From contig OX597827.1 of assembly GCA_951406725.2 (NCBI GenBank), forward strand, positions 2,170,001 to 2,234,000: a stretch of 64,000 nt of DNA. Direction: 5' to 3'. A program made the translations under genes and the position numbers. A model generated the notes under the pieces. That model searched no databases. It was not told the origin of the DNA and saw only the letters and a program-made list of their open reading frames with translations. The stretch comes from Octopus vulgaris. Taxonomy: Eukaryota. Shown here in pieces: positions 56,179 through 64,000 of this stretch; position 1 is the first letter of the stretch; every line of letters begins with the position of its first letter.

Positions 56179-56408
56179 AGTATATCTATATCTATATATA
56201 TATAAAATAGTGAACACATTGTCGATTAGACCAGAGTCCGAAACCATCGAGCTACAGACCTGACCCGTGTCGCGAACCCGAACCGCGCCGTGGACCTATA
56301 CCAGGCCGTGAATCACTTGGTGCTGGACAGCAAAGAAAGAATAGGCAATGCAATGATAGTAGAAATAAAGTGTATAATATACAATGTAATAATTATGTTT
56401 ACATTATA

Positions 56409-56974
56409 TTAGGTTGTCCGGAAAGTTCGTGCCGATTTATAGTAGCTTACCTTTCGACTTATTTTAGAACATGGTTGAGTTCATATATTATGTTTTGACT
56501 ACACATCCATTTAAAGCACAGTTTAAGCTATCTATTCGTGGAAGAAGGCTTATGTTCCTATAACCTGTGTTAATTCTGTAACCCTTTAAAATCGAAGATG
56601 AGAAAGTTCATTTTAGGCACTTGATGCATTGGGAACCAGTCAAAAATTGCTGTAGCTCGGCTGGGATTTGTTACTCCACCCTCCATATTCACCAGATATT
56701 GCTCCTTCGGATTTCCACTTATTCAGGTTTCTGCAGAATAGTCTTAATGGTAAAAATTTCAATTCGTTGGATGACGTAAAAAGATACCTTGATGAATTCT
56801 TTGCCATGAAACCACCTCAATTCTGGGAAGAGGGTACTTTCAAGTTAAAGGAAAGATGGAGACGCATTGTGCAACAAAATGGTTCATATTTGGTTGATAA
56901 AAAATGTAATGGCAAGTATTTATTGACCTTTTTCTTTCCTTTAAAAATCGGCACGAACTTTCCGGACAACCCAA
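56409..56974 (+). mobile_element. Internally deleted mariner element (566 bp)
   Basis: 30-bp TIRs ttaggttgtccggaaagttcgtgccgattt / aaatcggcacgaactttccggacaacccaa (1 mismatch), TA on both sides, transposase remnant inside. Confidence 0.95.
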
Positions 56975-56979
56975 TATAA
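56591..56979 (+). pseudogene. mariner transposase remnant
   Basis: N-terminal-like IEDEKVHFRHLMHW joined to TSQKLL*LGWDLLLHPPYSPDIAPSDFHLF...NGSY; contains the mariner YSPD(L/I)APSD motif. Confidence 0.9.
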
Positions 56980-57431
56980 GTAATAATTAAATTATATAGT
57001 GTGGATTTTATTGTGCTTTGTTATGCGTGTGGTCCTGGATAAAACCGGTCTGGATGTTAAGAAGGTTGGAGACCGTTGGGTTAGCTCACTAAAACGAAGG
57101 AATTTGGGAAGGAATTTTTATAGCGAGATACAGTTCCATATAAGAGTGTTCTTTGGTCGACTCATCAAATACCGGCGTCACTGACATCTTAAATAGAAGT
57201 ATTTTTCATGAATATTTGCAGTAAGTGCAGTAGCAAAATAACAGAGGCGTAAAAAACTTCATCATTGTTTTTTCATACAGATAATTAATTCTGCCTTCAA
57301 TGGTAGAATACACAGGAATGCGCATTCACACACACTCACACACACCAGCGCACACACACCACACATGCACACATACACACACACCTTCACGCACACATTC
57401 GCAAATTCACATATACCCACATTTACGTATA

Positions 57432-57484
<53 letters not shown>

Positions 57485-58320
57485 GTGCATGAGTGTGTAT
57501 TCAATTTTTTTTCATTTTCTTCCTCCCCGTTTCTGTTCAACCATCCATCCATCCATCCATCCATCCATCCATCCATCCATACATCCATACATACATGCAT
57601 ACATACATACATACATATATACATACATACGTACATGCATGCATGCATCTTCCCGTCTGTCCTTCCTTTCAGCTATTTTTTCCTCACTTATTTCTTTCCA
57701 AGAACAAAAGCGGAAGACCAAGAACAAAAGTAGAATGAGAGAGCAGGGGAGGGGAATAGACGGTGGGAAGTGGCGAGAGGGAGAAAGAGGAAAGAGAAAT
57801 AGAAAGAAAGAGAGAGAGAGCATGGAAGTGAAGGTGAGTATGCTTGTGTGCGTGTGTGTTCGTGCGTGCGTAAAAGAGAGAGCGAGTGAGTAATTCGTAA
57901 AAACAATAGTTGAATAAAGAGGACATCATTCACAACAGGTCTGGTTCTCACAGTATTATTAGAGCCAAAGATGGTGGAGCAGAGAGAAACACTAAACAGA
58001 TTTTGCGATGGCGGTGGTGGTGGTGGTGGTGGTGGTGGCGGTGGTGCTGACGGAGATGATGATGATGATGATGATGAAGATGATGGTGAGGATGAAGATG
58101 ATGATGACGACGACGACGACGACAACGACGACGACGAAGAAGAAGAAGAAGAAGAAGAACAACAACAACAACAAAGTGAAGAAACAATACAGAAGCTGTG
58201 TACCGATCTGTATTCCATATTTGCACGTGCACATACACACACACACGCATACACACGCACGCACACATACACACACGCGCGCACTCACACAGGTGCGCTT
58301 GCATTGTTGAAGCTTACGCA

Positions 58321-58740
58321 GCCGTTGAAGAATTTTCAGTCAGAGGAATCGACAATGTTACTGGTTTGTTTTTTTTGCTCAAGCCTGGTACTTATTCTAT
58401 CGTTTTCTATAACTGAACTGCTATATTACGAGGACGTCAACACACCGACACCGGTTGTCAAGTGGTGGTGTGAGGCAAACACAATCACAAAGACACACAT
58501 TCACTCACTCACTCGTTCACTCATTCACTTGCACACATTCTCTCTCTCTCTCACACACACACACACAAACACACACACGCGCGTATATCTACATACGACG
58601 GGTTTCTTTCAGTTCCCGTCTGCCAAATTCACTCACAAGGTCTTAGTAGAAGACATTTGCCAAAGGTGCCATACAGTGGGACTGAACCCGGAATCATGCA
58701 GTTGGGGAAGCAAGCGTCTTACTACACGACCATACCCGTA
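58321..58740 (-). mobile_element. SINE family A, degenerate
   Basis: aagcctggtacttattctatcg...ggttgtcaag...cagtgggactgaacccggaa. Confidence 0.75.
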
Positions 58741-58963
58741 AAGTTTTGAGTAGACACAGCAGAGCATGACTAATCATTAACATGATCTACTTTTAAATTG
58801 GTGAAAGTCTTAGATTGCGTAATAAGTTTTCAGTTCTGCGACTCTTCCCTCTCAAATACGATATCCATTCGTAGCACAATGACCTAATATGTTATTGCTC
58901 TTGGCAATAATCTACTTTCAACTACATTCTAAGCCATCCGGTACACGTTTATACAACCACCTA

Positions 58964-58969
<6 letters not shown>

Positions 58970-58998
<29 letters not shown>

Positions 58999-59600
58999 GT
59001 GTATGTATGTATGTATGTATGTATGCATGTATGTTAGTATGTATGTATGTATGTATGTTAGTATGTATGTATGTATGTATGTATGTATGTATGTATGTTA
59101 AGATGTATTTATGTATGTATGTATGTATGTTAGTATGTATTTATGTATGTATGTATGTTAGTATGTATGTATGTATGTATGTATGTTAGTATGTATGTAT
59201 GTATGTATGTATGTATGTATGTATGTTAGTATTTATGTATGTATGTATGTATGTATGTTAGTATGTATTTATGTATGTATGTATGTTAGTATGTATTTAT
59301 GTATGTATGTATGTTAGTATGTATTTATGTATGTATGTATGTTAGTATGTATGTATGTATGTATGTATGTATGTATGTATGTATGTATGTATGTATGTAT
59401 GTATGTATGTATGTATGTATGTTAGTATGTATTTATGTATGTATGTATGTTAGTATGTATGTATGTATGTATGTTAGTATGTATGTATGTATGTATGTAT
59501 GTATGTATGTATGTATGTATGTATGTATGTATGTATGTATGTATGTATGTATGTATGTATGTATGTGTGTATGTGTATATACATGTATGTATATGTGTGT
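58970..59600. repeat. ~630-bp (TATG)n array with recurrent TTAG and TTTA variant units
   Basis: Direct reading. Confidence 0.95.
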
Positions 59601-59629
59601 GTAAGAATATATTTGCTTGCTTCATATTC

Positions 59630-59850
59630 TTGCTTGATGAGGCCGGGATCATCCCAGGTTATTGATCCCAGAGGTGCCATCGTGTGTAGAGCCGACCAAG
59701 TCCACTATTGCTCTCTCTCTCCAAGATGAAGTTGAGCCTCGGAAGATTTTCCTGAATCGCATCCAGCCTCCTGGTGCATGGTCTGTCACAGGACCTCTTC
59801 CATCTCGCAGATACTGTACACACCTACTAATATAATACACCTTCCTCTGT
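59630..59850 (-). pseudogene. Possible 3' end of a decayed RTE-clade LINE
   Basis: KRSCDRPCTRRLDAIQENLPRLNF resembles the RTE C-terminal R.RGRP..RW.D.+..DL motif. Confidence 0.45.
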
Positions 59851-59859
59851 CATAGAACT

Positions 59860-60078
59860 TCAAAGAACCGGTTTACCGGTTTCCTTGGATCATATTCTTC
59901 CTACTGGACGGGATGACGGTCCGTCGCATGGTTATTCAGTTTTGCCAGTTGAGTTGACAGGAGAAAGGTGAAATGAAGTGTTTTGCTCAAGAACACAACG
60001 CATCATCCTGCCCAAGAATCGAAACCAGAATCTTACGATCATGAGTCCGACAACGTAACCGATGAACACTGCGGCCCC
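59860..60078 (-). mobile_element. SINE family C with tail type 3, degenerate
   Basis: ccggtttaccggtttcc...gtgaaatgaagtgttttgctcaagaacacaacgc...gaatcgaaacc. Confidence 0.7.
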
Positions 60079-60289
60079 ACCCATAGACATATACACATAT
60101 GCGTGAGTGTATGTGTGTGTGTGTGTGTGTGTGTATGTGTCTGTGTATGTATGTGTGTGTGTGTATCTTTTTCTTTTGATTTTCACTGAGCCCCAGGATT
60201 GGTAAGGCTTGTTACATGGTTTCCATAGCATATAAATGACCGGGATCACAACATTACGCCTGAAAGGAACATCGGTCCATTGCAGAGTC

Positions 60290-60430
60290 AGGACCAGCAA
60301 TTTTGAAAGGACGGGGTTCATGACAGATCGAGTACATGGACTTAGTATTTAACTGGTACTTGATTTTCTCCCCGCTCCGAAGGAATGAAAGGCAAAGTTG
60401 ACCTCGCTGGGTCAACTTACTCAGAACGGG
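60290..60430 (-). mobile_element. SINE family B fragment
   Basis: ctggtactt...ggaatgaaaggcaaagttgacctcg...actcagaacg. Confidence 0.6.
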
Positions 60431-60995
60431 GAATTACAACCGTGTTTCGTGGTCTGCCACCACAACAGCTCCTTTATAGGATCCAGTTAGCTCAAGACAT
60501 CATCAGGAGGAACCACGTCCGGTTTCGGCCCCCTACTCCTCTACCGTTTTGACGTGGCAGGGCCCCCCACTTTCGGAGGCGTCTTCAGCTCTGGTGTTGG
60601 GTGCATGTCTTCTTTCTTCTTCCTTCTGTTCCCTGGCCTCTTCGATGTATCGTCAGCGAGTGTCAGCCGGTGACTGACCTGTCAATTTTTTTTCCTTTAA
60701 ATACCTTCCCTCAGCCTCCACTAGGCAGCCCCAGCCAGTTGTCACGTGACACTGTCTCATCATAACTGACCAGTGAAGGCACATAGTCTTGTACACAAAA
60801 GCACAAATATATAAACTGTAAAAGGGATTTAAAAATCCAGGCAGATATCAATAAAGCACTCAGTGTTAAAGAAACTTCGTTAACAATATCCAGCAATCAG
60901 ATACCAATAACTGCAAGTAGAATAAACGTCCATGTTTATTGTATAACAAATAGATCTAAATATTGTTTAGAAGAATTTCAAGAAATTCGGAGTAG

Positions 60996-61415
60996 GATCT
61001 TTTCGATTTGAACGGCAGTTTTTTAAAATAATTTACACGTAACTAAACACTTTTAAACTTCGTATACTGGTAGAATGTGTTTATAAAACATATTTTTCTC
61101 TTGGCTTTATTGAGAAAATTCTATAGTTTGTAAGATATTTGTTGTTTTTTTCTTCAATTTCTGCAATTTCAACCAATCAGTGACGTCCATTGGGGTAAAA
61201 AAACATTCTGTGCCGTATGAATATGTCCCTCGTTTAAGAAACAGATTGGATTTATTTACATTTGTGATGAAAACAGATACCCTTCCCCCACCCCTAACCC
61301 TAACCCTAACCCTAAAACAGATTGAAATGCAATAGATCGATTCTAGGGTCATAATTATGGGTGACAATTTCATATGACACCGCTAGAAAAAACTGCCGTT
61401 CAAGCCGAAAAGATC
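60996..61415. mobile_element. 420-bp MITE with ~28-bp TIRs and internal (CCCTAA) repeats
   Basis: gatcttttcgatttgaacggcagttttt / aaaaactgccgttcaagccgaaaagatc; (ccctaa)4 at ~61292-61315. Confidence 0.85.
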
Positions 61416-62160
61416 AGGAATGCCGATTCTCGAAACAAGTAAAGTTCTTTTCAGACAGAAAAAGGTCGAAGGCAACCTTTAAGATTGAACCCACATCTTC
61501 TGTAAATATGATTGGTATTCAACCGCTGGACCAGCTAAACAATCCTTCGAATTTCTCTGTCATTTATAAAAGTTATATGCGTAACGCGAGTTACGAAGAT
61601 TATTTATGTACGTAACACGTGTTATTCTAATTATTATCTGTATCTGAACAATATGGTTTTGTGCCTATAACAGTCGAACAAATCGTATCACTTGGTGTAC
61701 GGATTATATTTACGTTTTATAAAAGAAATACAAAGTGCTGCAGTAGCAGAAGTGACTAAGAAACGAAGAAAGGAAGAAGAAAAGGCTTTGGGCAGAAGAT
61801 AGAATAATAACTTTAGTCAGTCGATGAAAGATATAAAGTGGAGAGCTCGGTGAAATCGTTTGAGGTGTTTGTTATAGATACGACGGCAAGTGCGCTACAT
61901 TGTTGCGTGTTAGACCACATATCATGTATTAAATACAGATGCTTTCATGGAAGTGGGATGTGTGTGTGTGTGATAGGTTTCTGCTCTTATTCGTATGCTT
62001 GAGTGTACGGAGTGGGGGTGCAGATAACTACGAAAACTATAGTTTCGTGTATGCGTCAGGGTCGATAACGGCGATCATCAGAGGACTAGTGTTAAAGATA
62101 TGTTACATATATTTCGGTGAGTGTGCGTGTGTGTGAGGATATCATGCATATATATATATG

Positions 62161-62213
<53 letters not shown>

Positions 62214-62245
62214 AATATGAATGTATGTATATGTATGTGCTCTTT

Positions 62246-62299
<54 letters not shown>

Positions 62300-62493
62300 T
62301 GCGTGTGTGTATGTATAAGAATAGTACACTCATATGATATACTGTGATCATCTAACACCATCCACACCGAAAACGTGTGTGAAGTATGTTAATCCTTATG
62401 CACGCCAACACATGCAACCACACAGATTTGAGTGCACGCGTATGTGTGTATATGTATACACACATACACACACACAAACACGTACATACAAAG

Positions 62494-62547
<54 letters not shown>

Positions 62548-62748
62548 GCACACACATATATATATATAAACACACACACAGTAACAGGGAGATATATCTT
62601 TATATGTGCATGTTTGTGTATAGATGTGTGTGTCTATATATCTATGCTGATAGATGTATGTGTAAGAACACAAATGTAAGTGCGTGTGTATACATATACC
62701 TATATATACACAGACATATATACATATATATGAACATATATATATATT

Positions 62749-62788
<40 letters not shown>

Positions 62789-62890
62789 AAAATATATACA
62801 TGTGTATATACATATATATATATATATATATACATACACATGAGCATATAGGCTCATATAGACGAAAACTAGCAGCCATGCATATATGCA

Positions 62891-62939
<49 letters not shown>

Positions 62940-63438
62940 TTTGTGAGAGTGTGCGTGTGTGTATACACATATATACATACATACACACATATTACCAGCC
63001 AATATATACACAGCCCCATTTCTATTACATGTTCATGTTGCAACTAAGGAGAGAGAAAGGGAAGGAAAAGAAAGGAAAAAAAGGAAAAAGAAAACAAAAA
63101 AAAAACTTAAATCAAATAAACCAACAGCCAACTAACAAAATGCTAGATCGATCCTGATGAAAGTAAGTGGTAGTAGTGGTGGTTTGGGTAGAATAAGAAC
63201 AAGAAGAAGAAGAACGGAAAAACAAAAGAAAAAATCAATATGAAGGCAAAGAGTTCCACTGAATAGCTTCGCTGGAAAAGCATATGGAGAGTAAAGGAGA
63301 GTAAAGAATGAAATGGCTAAAACGGGGAATTAGAACCGGGTCGTAGCTTCGGTTCATCAGCCACCTAACTCTACGCTACACTACTTTGCTTCCTGTACAC
63401 TGGGGAAAATGGGTGTGTGTGTGTGTGTGTGTGTTTTT

Positions 63439-63559
<121 letters not shown>

Positions 63560-63641
63560 TTACATATATATGTGTATGTATATACATATATACATATATA
63601 TATATATACATACATATATACATATATATATATACCTATAT

Positions 63642-63680
<39 letters not shown>

Positions 63681-63773
63681 CATACATACATAAATACATT
63701 TGAGTGTGTGTGTGCAAAATATATGTGTGTCTATATAAATATATGTATATATATATATATATATGTATGTATG

Positions 63774-63816
<43 letters not shown>

Positions 63817-63887
63817 ATATATGTATATATATATATATGTATGTATATGTATAAATATGTGTCTATATAACTATCTATCTATCTATC

Positions 63888-63923
<36 letters not shown>

Positions 63924-63947
63924 AGCTAGCTATCAGCCTTCGTGTGC

Positions 63948-63992
<45 letters not shown>

Positions 63993-64000
63993 TTCTCAAT

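Noticed and set aside
57971-58741. 256-aa ORF with poly-G/D/E/Q
   Set aside because: Made of consecutive trinucleotide tracts, (CA)n and an antisense SINE A.
60495-60535. GAAAC...CTGATGA on the minus strand as a type II hammerhead
   Set aside because: No room for stem I and no stem II pairing; the segment is probably an unclassified repeat fragment.
61292-61315. Telomere or chromosome-fusion scar
   Set aside because: Only four units, and they lie inside a TIR-bounded element.

Overview
Eukaryotic, AT-rich, microsatellite-saturated non-coding DNA (large intron or gene desert). Its repeat vocabulary looks like an Octopus/coleoid cephalopod genome; this is my recognition, not a database result. 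No host protein-coding gene, rRNA, intact tRNA or CRISPR array can be supported, and nearly all ORFs in the track are translated microsatellites. The window holds many copies of three tRNA-headed SINE families (called A, B and C here) and five fragments of restriction-like-endonuclease (RLE) non-LTR retrotransposons, one with an open ORF inside a (TAA)n tract. It also has an internally deleted mariner, several MITEs and short Penelope-like cassettes with hammerhead-ribozyme-like cores. The most interesting signals are: (1) a SINE-B variant with a LINE-like tail that appears to insert site-specifically into the GGTATTT site of its own family head, with a visible TSD; (2) a 550-bp non-coding element sitting in (TAA)n next to R4/Dong-like LINEs; (3) minimal hammerhead-like motifs in short microsatellite-flanked cassettes. 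Coordinates were read by eye and boundaries may be off by some bases.
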